Assembly: GCA_964016885.1 (NCBI GenBank)
Contig: OZ024740.1
Location: 310,310,001-310,374,000 of the forward strand
Source of the DNA: Eledone cirrhosa
Lineage: Eukaryota
Length of the DNA: 64,000 nt
Reading direction: 5' to 3'
Under the pieces are notes generated by a model. The model was not told the DNA's origin. It searched no databases and worked only from the letters and a program-made list of their open reading frames with translations. This document shows positions 29,990 through 43,781 of this stretch, piece by piece (position 1 is the stretch's first letter; every line of letters starts with the position of its first letter). Made by a program: the position numbers and the translations under genes.

Positions 29990-31925
29990 GGAAAAGAAAT
30001 CACTCACCTCTTCGTCTCCTGGGGACCAGGCTGCACAATTTCCGTGGGGTGATGGAGGGGTTATTTGGTGGGGTGGTGGTATATGGCGGGGTGGGGAGGG
30101 AGATGGTTGGCGGGGAGGGGGTGTCAGGTGGGGGATGTCTGGGGTGGGAGTGTCTGGGGTGGGGGTGGGGACACTTTTCAAAAGGACGTGGTTATAGGGT
30201 TTGACGCAGGGATTACCTACGTCATTAGGAAATTTTTCTTTTAACTGTTTATGTGTGTCCATGGAGATCCTAATCATTTTAAGATTAGGATTCTCCGCAG
30301 AGTGTGTACAAGTTTTCCCTTCGGTCTCTACCGAAGGGTTTTTATATATGGTGTCTGTTAAAGTGTTATTGTTAGTATTTATGTAGGTGTAACATTTTTA
30401 TTGTGTTGTGTTGCTTTTTTTCTGTGGTTCTTGTGTGTGTTTTCGTTTTGTATTAGGTGTTTTGTATTCAGGAGGGGGTGTTTTTGCTTGTGCTGTTTGC
30501 GTCGCTTGTATTGGTGTTTGTATGATTGTTGTATTTTTGTTTGTCCTATGTCTTTTCTTTTTTCTTTTTACTGGTCGGAAAGGCTCTCCCTCATCATCAC
30601 TGGGTGACGATGATGAGGCCTCATTCGTGTTGTTGGGGAGGGGTACATTTTGAGGAGCTGTTATGTGTGTGGGTGTTTGTGGAGTTGTTTTAGGTGGGGA
30701 GGGGTTGGGCGGGACTGTGTTTGCAATTTGGTTTGTTTTTCTGTGTTGTTGTTGTTGTTGTTGTGGTGGTGGTGGTGGTTGTGTTGTTGTGTTGGGTTTC
30801 GGCAGTGTGGCCTTTTTTTAATGCAGTTAATTGAGGACAGGAAGCCCTCGGGTGACCACTGATTAAACAGTGGTAACATGAAGGCCGCCTACTCTCAATA
30901 GAAATGTTTATGTAGGAATTTCCATCCAGAGGTACACGTTGTGGTATTCTAGCTATCCGTTCTGGTCTCATTTGGACCAGAACTTCTAAGCTTGTACCGT
31001 TGAATATGCCCCTGGAGGACTTTTCTACCGAAATTACTGTCTTCATCAAAATTGATAAAACCAGCTCTTATCCACCAGATGTTTACATTTGATGTGATAT
31101 TTGTTATTTTTATTTTTTGGCTCCTTTTTCCTATGTATGTGGGGGAAAAGGTTTAGAGTGGGGACACAATTGGCGACACAGAATATTTCTGTGCTGTCAA
31201 TTGGTCTTTCATTATTATTGATAAACTCCCGAAGAGTTTTCTCTTCTGTATGAAGGCAATGTCCTTCATGGAGTTTCTTAGAACCAGCTCATTTTCGTTT
31301 TGAGTTAATTGAGCTGGTTTTCTGGTGGTATTTGAGATTGTCCTAAAAACTATGGTCTTCAGGACAGTGTCTCTACGCAATTGTTGGGAAGAAGTGATGC
31401 TAAAAGTGCCATTCTCCCCAAAAGTTATATATTGCTTGGCATCTCTTAGCAATTCTCCGGCATTATAGATGTCAATCTGTGTATATAGTTCTGTATTTTG
31501 GACAGTTTGTGCAAATGAGATCTTTTTTTCCTTGTTTGTGGAGTTGTTCTTGTTGGTGTTGTCGTCATTATTGTTGCTGTTGTTGGTGTTGTTGTCATCA
31601 TTGTTGCTGTTGTTGTTGTCATTGTTATCGTTGTTGTTGTTGTTGTTTTTGTAGTTCTCAATTGCTTAATTTGTGGTTGCGGAATTCATTTGTGAAGTTG
31701 TGTTTTCGTTCATAGCATTGTTGTTATTGTTGTTGCTGGTGCCGCTGGTTGTGTTGCTTTGATTTGTTGCCATGGCAACGTCAAGTTGTCGGTCAGTAAG
31801 TAGAGAACATTCAACCTCTGGCTGACCTTTGTCTTTACATCTGCTACTATGACAGTGGCAGAGGGAAGCTGTAAGCATATCTTCCCCTTTCCTCCTTCGA
31901 ATGTTGGTGAAGAAACTTCAGCCAT
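29990..31925 (-). pseudogene. LINE ORF1 (Thr/Asn-rich, zinc knuckle), interrupted by stops and frameshifts
   Basis: Consecutive minus-strand ORF pieces 31925-30690 and 30277-29951; CX2CX4HX4C motif. Confidence 0.75.
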
Positions 31926-32168
31926 GTTTTAAAAATGTTAGTTTTTCCCAAAAAAAACGGTTATGTACTATTTCGCCTGAAGGCGTAGAATATTTTGAGA
32001 GACTGACCAGATCAAAATTTGACCTGGCAGTCCCTCTAGAAGTTGATATAAAAATGAAGGTTCACAGTTAGGAATTTCGATAGAAATTTAGTCAGAACTT
32101 ACCCAGCAAGTTTCACGCGTGTGTCCATCCCAGAGTATAGGAATGATAGATAGATATGTGTGTGTGAC

Positions 32169-32374
32169 GGTGATTACTCAATACCGAAGTAGAGGTTAAA
32201 TATTCATTTATTATGTTAAATAGTGAGTCTTGTTATTTTGGCGGTTTCACCTGCTCACTCACAGGGTCATCTGATATTGTCTAATGACCCTGTGAGCGAG
32301 CATGTGAAACAAGACTCACTACTTAACCATAATAAATGAATATTTAACCTCTACTTCGGTTTTGAGTAATCACC
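32169..32374. mobile_element. Fold-back element with degenerate hammerhead
   Basis: Hairpin with ~95-bp arms; combining both arms gives ttgt-CT(A/G)ATGA-ccctg..caggt-GAAA..TA-acaa. Confidence 0.7.
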
Positions 32375-32443
32375 CTCCACCGCCATCACGCCTGTGTGTA
32401 TAGGTGTGTGTAAACATGTATATACGTCATGTGTTGAAGAATA

Positions 32444-32522
<79 letters not shown>

Positions 32523-32542
32523 CTATATGGATATATAGATAA

Positions 32543-32605
<63 letters not shown>

Positions 32606-32608
<3 letters not shown>

Positions 32609-32800
32609 AGTGCAAGTTTCTACACAAAACGAAGTTTATAGAGAAAATTGACGTTGGTAATGGCAGACCCATCGAAACCGGTCATTTTTTATACCCCTTA
32701 TTCTTTCCTTACCTTATGAAATTATATGTTTTTTCACAAAAAAGTATTCTGTCTCTTATATATTCCATGTGCCATTACCAACCTCAATTTTCTATATAAA
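32606..32800. mobile_element. Small inverted-repeat insert with hammerhead 3' half
   Basis: tttatagagaaaattgacgttggtaatggca / tgccattaccaacctcaattttctatataaa arms; internal GAAA-ccgg-TC. Confidence 0.55.
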
Positions 32801-32847
<47 letters not shown>

Positions 32848-32854
<7 letters not shown>

Positions 32855-33140
32855 CAGATTAACGTTTAAGCAAAGAATCGCTGCTTTCACCCTTAACGGG
32901 ATCTTCTGAAACTAACAAAGTCAATCTGTAAACGCAGAAGTGGATATTTCAAAAAACGTTGCAACCGGAGGAAGATAGGAAGACGATACTATAGTTCGTG
33001 GAAACGTTCCCTGGCAAAGAACGGGGAAAAACGAATATAATACGTCCTTATTTGGAGCGGTGAAAAACAATTACACGCAAAGACAAAACCAGGTTTATGG
33101 TATAAAAGATGTCGTAGACTAATATTCTATTAGGTGGTTC
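32848..33140 (-). mobile_element. Family C copy with CAGAAGA hammerhead (32864-32913)
   Basis: Matches 21760-22005 and the reverse complement of 22430-22720. Confidence 0.88.
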
Positions 33141-34315
33141 ATGTATTTATATACATGTTGTCTGTATATGTATATTTATCAAGTGTTCGTTAAAAATGTG
33201 GTTAGAATCACATATATGCACATGAGTTACATTTCATCAAAAACTGTCTGCTAATGTCATAGGCTTTGTAAATGTATTCACCATAAATCTGAAAGTATTT
33301 GAAATGATAATCTGCCTCATTTATCAAATATTGTAATTTGTCAGTGTCTCCTCACATCAATTCGATATTTCCTTGTCGTTGATTTCGTAAATCTACACCC
33401 AGTTTTCAGTTACTTTGTTTGTGCAACACATACTCATCTATTTTTAGACTTCGTAGCAATTTAGATAGCGTGATGGAAATGCCCAGTGATAGATCGAAGT
33501 ATTTAGGGAATTGGGTAAATTAATAGTTTGGGAATTTGTCATGACATTTAATTTTTCAAATGTTTTTCTGTAACATTTTTCTTATTTTCCTTAGACGCAC
33601 CCACCTTCATACTGACAAGCTCTTGTGTAACACAAAGACCAATTAAAAAATATTTGAAGCCATTGAACTCGTAACAAACAAAGAAAAAGTAAGAATCAAC
33701 GACGCCACTGATTCCAAGTATGAGTACCTTCTTTCATGTGCATATGGATGCAATTGTACACATACATATGCACGTACTATACACACAATAAGATGACCTG
33801 CTTTATCCCGCTCTATAACACGCTTTGTTTTCATTCCGCAGGAGAATCAAAAATACGCTTCTAGCTTTGTGGGATTGCTGGATTTCCTGCCGATCACATG
33901 ACTATGCTAACTGTATCAGTGACATTCGCACAGGAGCTGACTTAGATATATATGTCGCATAATATCTAAATAAGTGAGAGAAAGAGTAATGGAGAGAGTG
34001 AGGAATAGATAAAGGGGCATTTCATCACGATTTATAGGCTTTCCAATTACGATGTTAATAAATGTTGTCATTATTTCTACCATCCTTACGGGTCGATAAA
34101 ATAAAGTACCAGTAATGCACTGGGTAATTGCTGGCCTTGTGCCAAAAGTAGAAACAATTATTTCTACAGCAACAGACAAAAATAAAATGTCACCGAAACC
34201 TGTAACTTTTCCACGAAATAACCTGTCTCAGTTTACCGAAACTTAGAGGAAATGAAATAAGAAAAATAAAATCACAGGAACGGAAGTTTACCTATCGATG
34301 AACACACACATCCGC

Positions 34316-34463
<148 letters not shown>

Positions 34464-34924
34464 CGAGATAGATAGATAGATAAATATATTTGTTCTGTGA
34501 AGAAACACACTTACCACCACAGCTGCTGCTACTTTATGACTACACCTCTCATTCTTCACTCCCCTTCTTAACAAGGAAGGTGAACAAAACTTACCTCTTA
34601 ATTTTAAATCTTTAATTTTTAGTTTTTAATTCTTAATTCTTTTTAATTGTAATACTTAACATTTGATAGGAAGAATTTTAATAATACATCGAAACCGGTA
34701 ATACTTTATATACATTATAAAACTCTTTTTAAAAAGAATTGTCCTTCTCATTTTTTCAATAATGTCACTTTGACGAATCAAAGAAGGAAAAGAAAAAAGA
34801 AAAATAGACCCTAAAATATATCTTCCGTGCTATTTCCAACTTCACCGTTTCTCTCTCTCTATCTCTCTCTCTCTATCTCTCTCTCTCTCTCCCTCTTTCT
34901 CTGTCTCTCACACACACACACACA

Positions 34925-34988
<64 letters not shown>

Positions 34989-34990
<2 letters not shown>

Positions 34991-35172
34991 CGAAGGAAAT
35001 GTGGTAAGGAACCAGGTGTACCATAACGCACCAAAGTACTCAATACTTGAGGTAGTAGAGTGGGTAATAGGAACCAGTAAGACCCCGACAGCTGAGCCGT
35101 TTCGACGGCTAATTCTGAAGAATTAGCCGTCGAAACGGCTTGAGCTCAGCTGTCGGGGTCTTACTGGTTCCT
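34989..35172. mobile_element. Family A fold-back hammerhead-half element
   Basis: Hairpin ataggaaccagtaagaccccgacagctgagc...aattc-tgaa-gaatt...gctcagctgtcggggtcttactggttcctat in (AT)n. Confidence 0.9.
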
Positions 35173-36996
35173 ATATATATATATATATATATATACATAT
35201 ATACGCGTGCACACACATACATACACATACACACACAAACACACACATGTCTGTCGTGCTGTTTTTACACCACCACAAGAACATCTCAAACTATGTGTTT
35301 GTATGTATAAGCATATGTACGTATATAAGCTCAAAAGAGCTCTTATGTGTGCATGTAATTATAGGCACACATACGTGCCTAAGAGTACAGCTTCTTTCTC
35401 TTCATTCGATGGTCAGCTCACACGCTAGCACACGGAAAAGATACGTAAACAATAGCTTTCCCAGCATTTATAATCTAACCCGCATCACAATCTTTATACT
35501 TACACAGCGTTTTACAAAAACTTTCCCTCCATACATGTTTTACTACCTACCGATATTATTTCCCCTCTCCAATAAACGAATTTTGCTCGGAAATTCAATT
35601 TCCCCAAATGGCTGATAACGCAAGTTATCCTCAGGAAAACATATTTTTCCGGTTCTTTCTTTGTATACTCTCGATTATAGACCCTGAATAAGTAGATGAA
35701 ACAGTTCAAATAAAACTCAATTTCTACAGAATTGTAGATGAAACAAAAGATATAATTGCACTAAATGAGGTAATACTAAATAACCTCCAAGAATCATAAA
35801 AGAAAGACGTGGCTTTATGAGTAACATTGTTAACACAGAAGTGAGAAAACTACATAAAAAGATAGCATGTAGAAATTTTACATCACTTTCGTTGTTCATA
35901 AAACCAAACACCATAGATTCTCTAAATGCAAATTAATTTGCCACAACAAAAGTGAATTGTCATTACTTAGATAGCGCGATCCTACGGCCCGATAAATTCG
36001 AGATGTAGTTAGTTGTGTGTAACGCACTAGATTTATAAATCAAGCCTTTCCTTTACGATTTATCGAGGAAGGAGCGCAAAATAACAGGATAGAGAATAAG
36101 TGTGTGAAAACCAAATTCTCCATTCAGTGGAAGAAGGAAAAAATAAAAGAACTCAAAGTCTTAATATGGAAACCACAATGATCCAAATCTAATATGGAGG
36201 AATCAAGTGGAATATAATATGAAGATAACCTTTAGAAAACGAATTAAATGTATTGGTACTGGACTGGTTATATTTGAATTCACAATATTCAGACATGAAA
36301 CTTAGAATAATGTAAACTAAGAATAATGTAATATATCTTCGTCTGATTTTGTCATCTCCACTTTCAATCGAAATTAATATTACTACAAAATTACAAACAT
36401 AGTTCTCTGGTAGTTCTTTATAGGTTTACAAATACTATTTGTTTCTGAAATTTAAAGCGTGCCATCAAATATTTTCGTGTTTATTGCATTTATTTTTGAT
36501 GTGGAAGATATAATTCTGAAAGAACTTGTGTTCTTTAGTTCTCTCTTATTATTAATGATGTCATATTTTATATCCCGTTTTATGTTATTCAAGTTCTATG
36601 TTTGTAAACACATAAATAACGATTCAATTTTGTTTCCGGTTTAAACAATTCTTTCTGTTTTTGTTTCATATCGATGTGTCTCTCGAAACTAATCAACTAA
36701 TAGCCATAATTTTGAAGCGTAACATTGACATTAGGTTTCAAATATGGTGCCGAATAGGAAGGAGATGAAACATATACCATATATCATCATCATGCTTGTC
36801 TACCTCCTCCTCTCCCTCCTCTTCATCATCTTTATCCTCATCAACATTTTCATTATCCCCACCTCCACCGTCACCACTACTACCCATCTCATTGTATTCA
36901 TCTCTGTTCTAGCCATTAATTCTTTCATCCTCTCCACTAGCCCTTCCACCAACACTAGCAACAGTATAACCAACATCCTTATCTTCAATATTATCT

Positions 36997-37180
36997 TTGG
37001 CAGTGTCGGTAGAAGGTGGGAGGCCATGCTTTGCAGCCTAGAGTTACGCCCCTTTATAGTTTGAGTTCAAATCCCGCCGAGGTTAACTTTGCCTTTCATC
37101 CTTACGGCGTCGATAAAATAAAGTACCAGTAATGCACTGGTTAATTGCTGGCCTTGTGCCAATAGTAGAAATAATTATTA
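36997..37180 (+). mobile_element. tRNA-derived SINE
   Basis: B-box gagttcaaatcc; gcctttcatccttacggcgtcgataaaataaagtaccag; tail ctggccttgtgcc...attatt. Confidence 0.85.
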
Positions 37181-38089
37181 TCTTCCTCCTCGCCATCATC
37201 ATGTTCACGAATTTTGTTGCTACTTTTCTACTAGATTCATGTAACAGTTAAATATTACCAATATATATCACTATTGCTCTCATTCCATAACAACCTCACT
37301 CCCTTTTATCTTTCGTCTCCTCATTATCGTGATCATATATTTCATATTCACTTGCACTAACACTAACACCAGAGTAACCATCACCAACATTATCATCAGC
37401 AACTTCATTAGCAGCCCTAGCTATATTATATTTACTATCAAAAGTGTTAGATGTATGGATTTTGACATCATCATCCTTATATTCAAAATGGATAACATCT
37501 ACATCACCATAGACCTTTTGAAGTCATCCTTTACTTCTAAATAAAATATTACAAGAATGAATAATGGATGGAGGGTGATACAAATGGAAGAAAGCTGCAT
37601 AAAATAATATTGTAAATTTAACTGTAGCACAGTTAAGATAATAAAACATTGTTAATTAATTTAATGGGACATTTTATTAAACAAATAAAAGCTTATATTA
37701 AAAAGAACATATACAAAATAATTTATTTGTGAACTGGACAAGCATTATGTTTCAGGCAGTTAAATTTCTCTAAAAGATAATGTGCACATCATGACTCACA
37801 TATGCAACGCTATCTGGTCCACAACTGACGACGAAGTTACGAATTAACACACATTTATCAATGTCCTACTGATATGAATTCGATTTTGTACGATGTAGAA
37901 AATAAGTAATCATTTTCCCGGACATCCTCTAATAAGGTTCACTAATAATATGATCCTTTAAACTGTTTCTCTGCAATGGGTGTGAAAGATGATCTTTTTA
38001 ACTAGTTGAAGTCCTTCGTTCTCAGCCGAAAAGAGGTAATCACGGTTCTAGGACAGCATACTCCCTCCACAAAATTAATATCAAGAAGT

Positions 38090-38475
38090 CTTCTTGTGAA
38101 CATCTGGCAACTGATTTGGTAAACACCCACACAAGTATTAACCATCTTGCCAACAACAATCCTGAGCACCTTTTTTAATTCCATGTGTCTAACACCCGAG
38201 GACATGCCTACAAAGTTAGAAAACAGCACAGCTTCCATGACTTTCGGAAACATTTTTTCACGCTCAGAGTTGCTGAAGCAGGGAACAACTTTTAAAACCT
38301 TCATGCTTCCTGAAATTCATCAACACTACACCTGATGTACCATCTCCATACACACGCAAACATGTATATCATCATTCATACACTGTTCACTTTCCTAACA
38401 TCTGTACAATATTCTATGTACTATACATGCATCTTTGATGAGTTGTAGTGCACCTGAGCACTGTACACGATAATG

Positions 38476-38522
<47 letters not shown>
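38090..38522 (+). mobile_element. CR1-clade LINE 3' fragment with (ATT)n tail
   Basis: Translation NTRGHAYKVRKQHSFHDFRKHFFTLRVAEAGN (TRGH..K...R..FF..RV...WN motif); (ATT)n at 38478-38522. Confidence 0.85.
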
Positions 38523-38588
38523 TCACTCATTGACATTTGACTTTTTACAAAAGTATTACCATTATTTCATATATATATATATATATAT

Positions 38589-39253
38589 AATTAGAATTGG
38601 TGCTCTGAAATAGCGATATATATATGAATGTATATATAATGTATTTTGCAATACACTGTATGCTAATTAAAAGCATTTCGAAGACCTTACGCTATTGTTT
38701 TGTGACAGTCTCACTTACTTTAATTTTCAGCAATCAGGGGAGATAAAGCTGACAGAGCTCTGTTTCGCACTTTTTGGTGCTTATCAGAGCTAAGTACTCC
38801 GCCTGTTTGATTCTTATAGAATTCTAGTAATAATCAGGAACTGATTAAACACTACTCTAAAACAATAGCGTAAGGTCTTCGAAATGTTTATAATTAAGCA
38901 TACAGTGTATTGCAAAACACACTATATATACATTCATATATATATATCGCTATTTGAGAGCACCAAATCTAATTTTCAATTTCTGTTTGACCGGCAACCG
39001 CTCTGTATAATCAATTCCTGATTATTACTAGAATTCTATAAGGATCAAACATTCATGATTTTCAGCAAACAGGCGGAGTACTTAGCTTTGATAAGCACCA
39101 AAAAGTGCTAAACAGAGCTCTGTCAGCTTTATCTCCCCTGTTTCCTGAAAATTAAAGTAAGTGAGACTGTCACTACTCTAAAACAATAGTGTAACGTCTT
39201 CAAAATGCTTTTAATTAAGCATACAGTGTATTGCAAATTACACTATATATACA

Positions 39254-39260
<7 letters not shown>
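38589..39260. mobile_element. Multiply inverted fold-back element with hammerheads, family E
   Basis: 38589-38700 inverted at 38849-38974 and 39180-39258; 38702-38808 inverted at 39066-39172; 38803-38838 inverted at 39009-39050. Confidence 0.88.
38747..38791 (-). ncRNA. Type I hammerhead, (C/U)UGAUAA core variant (mirror on plus strand at 39084-39128)
   Basis: agct-CTGATAA-gcaccaaaaagtgc-GAAA-cagagctctg-TC-agct; 12-nt palindromic stem III, GUC site. Confidence 0.72.
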
Positions 39261-39310
<50 letters not shown>

Positions 39311-39312
<2 letters not shown>

Positions 39313-39703
39313 CGAAGGAAATATGGTAAGGAACCAGGTGGACCATAACGCACCAAAGTACTCAATACTTGGGGTAGTAGAGTGGGTAATAGGAACCAGT
39401 AAGACCCCGACGGCTGAGCTCAAGCCGTTTCGACGGCTAATTCTGAATTAGCCGTCGAAATGGCTTGAGCTCAGCCGTCGGGGTCTTATTGGTTCCTATA
39501 TATATATATAACGAAGGAAATGTGGTAAGGAACCAGGTGGACCATAACGCACCAAAGTACTCAATACTTAGGGTAGTAGAGTGGGTAATAGGAACGAGTA
39601 GGACCCCGACGGCTGAGCTCAAGCCGTTTCGACGGCTAATTCTGGACGCGTCCAGAATTACCCGTCGAAACGGCTTGAGCTCAGCCGTCGGGTCCTACTC
39701 GTT

Positions 39704-39707
<4 letters not shown>
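39311..39707. mobile_element. Two tandem family A fold-back hammerhead-half elements separated by (AT)n
   Basis: Units 39311-39498 and 39510-39707, each a long hairpin with GAAA-cggct-tgagctc-agccg-TC-ggg(g)tc. Confidence 0.92.
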
Positions 39708-39789
<82 letters not shown>

Positions 39790-39792
<3 letters not shown>

Positions 39793-41250
39793 CGGGGTGC
39801 ACGCTTGTGGGTGTGCAACCGTGTATACGGAGGCATATATATACCTTTCTGCGCCGGTCAGCTTACTCGCGGTCACACTCATGCCACACTCATAGCTTCC
39901 AAAATTGCTACGGTTTAATACATATCCATTCACGGATTTGCACAAGACCCCCAAGATACCCACCCACATATCTACTAAAAGTATACAAGGTGCACCTTCC
40001 TTTCAAAACCTCACTAATATCTAAGTTTCCTACTGAACACTATTTCCCCAAACTGGCTGATACCTTCCCTACGATAACAAACACGGAACTAGTACATTTC
40101 TTCATACCACTTTATTGTTTGTTTATGGTTATGCTGGCTTTTGGCATACCCACCCTCCTTCCAACTCTCCCTGCTTCTGACCACACTGCCTCAGATAAAG
40201 CTTTATCACCCACACCATAACCCTCATCGGATTTGACGGCCGTATGTTTTATGTTACGGACTCTTTCAGGTACATTCCACAATCCTCGTCTATGGACCAC
40301 GCTGCATGATATGCGAGTCCACATACATTGGTCAGACTGACCGTTGACTGGCCAACATATTCACTGAACATCTGCGGAATACCCGGGTTGGCAACCTATC
40401 TCGTTAATCCGATATTTTGCACCACCTGTCATTCCACATGTTAGCTTAGTGTATTCTAGTTCGTTTCTTGTACCGGACCCCCAGACACGCGCCGCCACAG
40501 AGGAATGAGGCTTGTTTTTATCTCAATATATCTACCCCTATGGCGTTAATGCACCAACCCATATCCTCTAATATGCTCTTCCCTCTGCATCCAACATCAT
40601 CCATCATCCAAGCGCCCACGGAGAAACACTTACACACAGTTAGATAACTTTCACATACAGCAAAAAATATTAACACTGGAGTCAATTTATTTGTCTAACC
40701 CCTCACCCAAATTGCTGGCCTTGTACTGAAAGGAGAAAATATAATTAATAGACAATAGACACACACGTCGACACACACACGCACACGCACACACACACGC
40801 ACCCACCCACACACACATACATACACACACACACAGACACACACACACACACATATCGCTTTTTAAATGAAGAGATACAAAATGAGCTTATACATATTTT
40901 TCATTAATAATTTATTTCATATTTGATACATACGCTGAAAAACAACACTCATATACAATGTTAATACAGCCAGACGCACTTAGACTCCATTGCGAATAAA
41001 TTACAGACTATTCCGCCAACATATATGGTGATGCACAGAAAAAATTAAAATCACCACATATACATTCACATGTCCCCCTTTTTCTATTTTTTATTTTCTA
41101 ATCTATCCATTTGTACACTCCTGATGAAGAACTTACATCCGATACGTTGAACTTCTTTCTCTTTCATCCAATGTGTAAACCTAATCCCACAATTTCTTTT
41201 GTATCTGTGTTTCTCATCTATTATCTGTGTGTTTTGATCTGTGTTTATAC
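39790..41250 (+). mobile_element. Highly decayed second-type PLE fragment (GIY-YIG ~40150-40550) ending near a degenerate hammerhead (41117-41152)
   Basis: Translation LVYGPRCMICESTYIGQTDR*LANIFTEHLR...YPYGVN; downstream actc-CTGATGA-agaacttacatcc-GATA-cg-TT-gaac. Confidence 0.7.
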
Positions 41251-42335
<1,085 letters not shown>

Positions 42336-42475
42336 TATATATATATGTATATGTATATATAGGTAACAACTAAAAGGGAAAAGACACTGAGGTATATTTA
42401 AAGATTATGTTTTTTCTTTAATCCGACAGTATGAATTTTTTATATTTGTAAATCTAGTAAATTTAAATTTTGTGA

Positions 42476-42518
42476 AATATTACTGGTTTCGATTGCTATA
42501 TTAATCTTATCAAATATT
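42476..42518 (-). ncRNA. Type I hammerhead with UUGAUAA (U3-A8) core
   Basis: aatat-TTGATAA-gattaatatagcaatc-GAAA-ccag-TA-atatt. Confidence 0.6.
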
Positions 42519-42811
42519 AAAAGAACTTTGTTTCATAGTGCGAGCGTAGTTAGAACATATAAATTTTCTCTCAAAATTTCGTCGTGGTGAAGAAATATAT
42601 CTGTTTTTTATGAAGGCAGAGTTGTTAAAGTGGAAATGGTGTTCAAAAATCACCAGGTGCAGTTATGCAATCATGGGGATATGTCACTGGTCATGTATTA
42701 CCATCCTGTTTTGATATCAGCTTTGAACCGGCTTAATCTCGCGAATTTACAGCCTAACATCTACTAATCAGCACCCTATAATCTACAATCTCTCTCTCTC
42801 TCTCTCTCTCC

Positions 42812-42910
<99 letters not shown>

Positions 42911-42991
42911 AACGTGTGTATATATATATATATGTGTGTGTGAGCGTGTGCAAAACTAGGATCTTCCTAACATAAAACCATATATATTGTT

Positions 42992-43172
42992 TCTTCTTTT
43001 GGCACAAGGCCACCAATTATCGCAGTGCATTACTGGTACTTTGTTTTATCGACCCCGTAAGGATGAAAGGCAAAGTTAACCTCTGCGGGATTTGAAATCA
43101 AATTATAAAGGGCCGTAACTCTTTGCTTCAAAGCATGGCGTCAGACCCTCTACCGATACTGCCAATCCACCG
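42992..43172 (-). mobile_element. tRNA-derived SINE with 16-bp target-site duplication
   Basis: Reverse complement of the 36997/62700 SINE; aaccatatatattgtt at 42976-42991 and 43173-43188. Confidence 0.9.
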
Positions 43173-43592
43173 AACCATATATATTGTTCGAACATAGTCC
43201 AAAGGCACTTAAACTACTAGTCGCTGATACCACTCTTTTTCCTTATCTTTCTCAGCAACAATATAAACGTATCACCGTTGGCATAAGTGGAACTATTTGG
43301 CCACTCCCAAAAAATTAAATATGAACGTAGAGCAAAGATTAGAAGACTGCCAGAGCCTAAACTACACCAACAAACTTTTAAACGCCGATCGGTCAGCTTC
43401 CTCTGATATTGTGTAAATGTTCACAAATATATATCTCATGTCCCATTCACACACATAAGAATTATATATTCTTGGATGAAATGTGATTACAATATTATCC
43501 GGTAGTAAGAAGTAATCAAATGAATAACATTTCAGGTTTCATAGGCAAGAATATAATCTCTTATCTCAATAAGTGTTTGTAATCTTGTAAAC

Positions 43593-43781
43593 AATAATTG
43601 TTTCAATATTTGGCACAAGGCCAGCAATTACCCAGTGTATTACTGATACTTTATTTTATCGACCCCGTAAGGATGAAAGGCAAAGTTAACCTCGGCGGGA
43701 TTTGATCTCAGAATGGCAAGGACCGTAACTCTATGCGTCAAAGCATGGCGTCCGACCCTCTACCGATACTGCCAATCCACC
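43593..43781 (-). mobile_element. tRNA-derived SINE
   Basis: Closely matches 42992-43172. Confidence 0.88.

Larger units (their letters stand above)
26503..32130 (-). mobile_element. Near full-length decayed L1/Tx1-like non-LTR retrotransposon
   Basis: ORF1 remnants with CCHC knuckle CYHCLISGHPRASC; ORF2 with APE, RT and C-terminal Cys/His motif; homologous to 57330-60750. Confidence 0.93.

Noticed and set aside
33594-33960. Splice-acceptor-like sites followed by unique sequence
   Set aside because: Early stops in most frames; no recognisable product
36997-37080. tRNA gene
   Set aside because: B-box belongs to a SINE head; no cloverleaf
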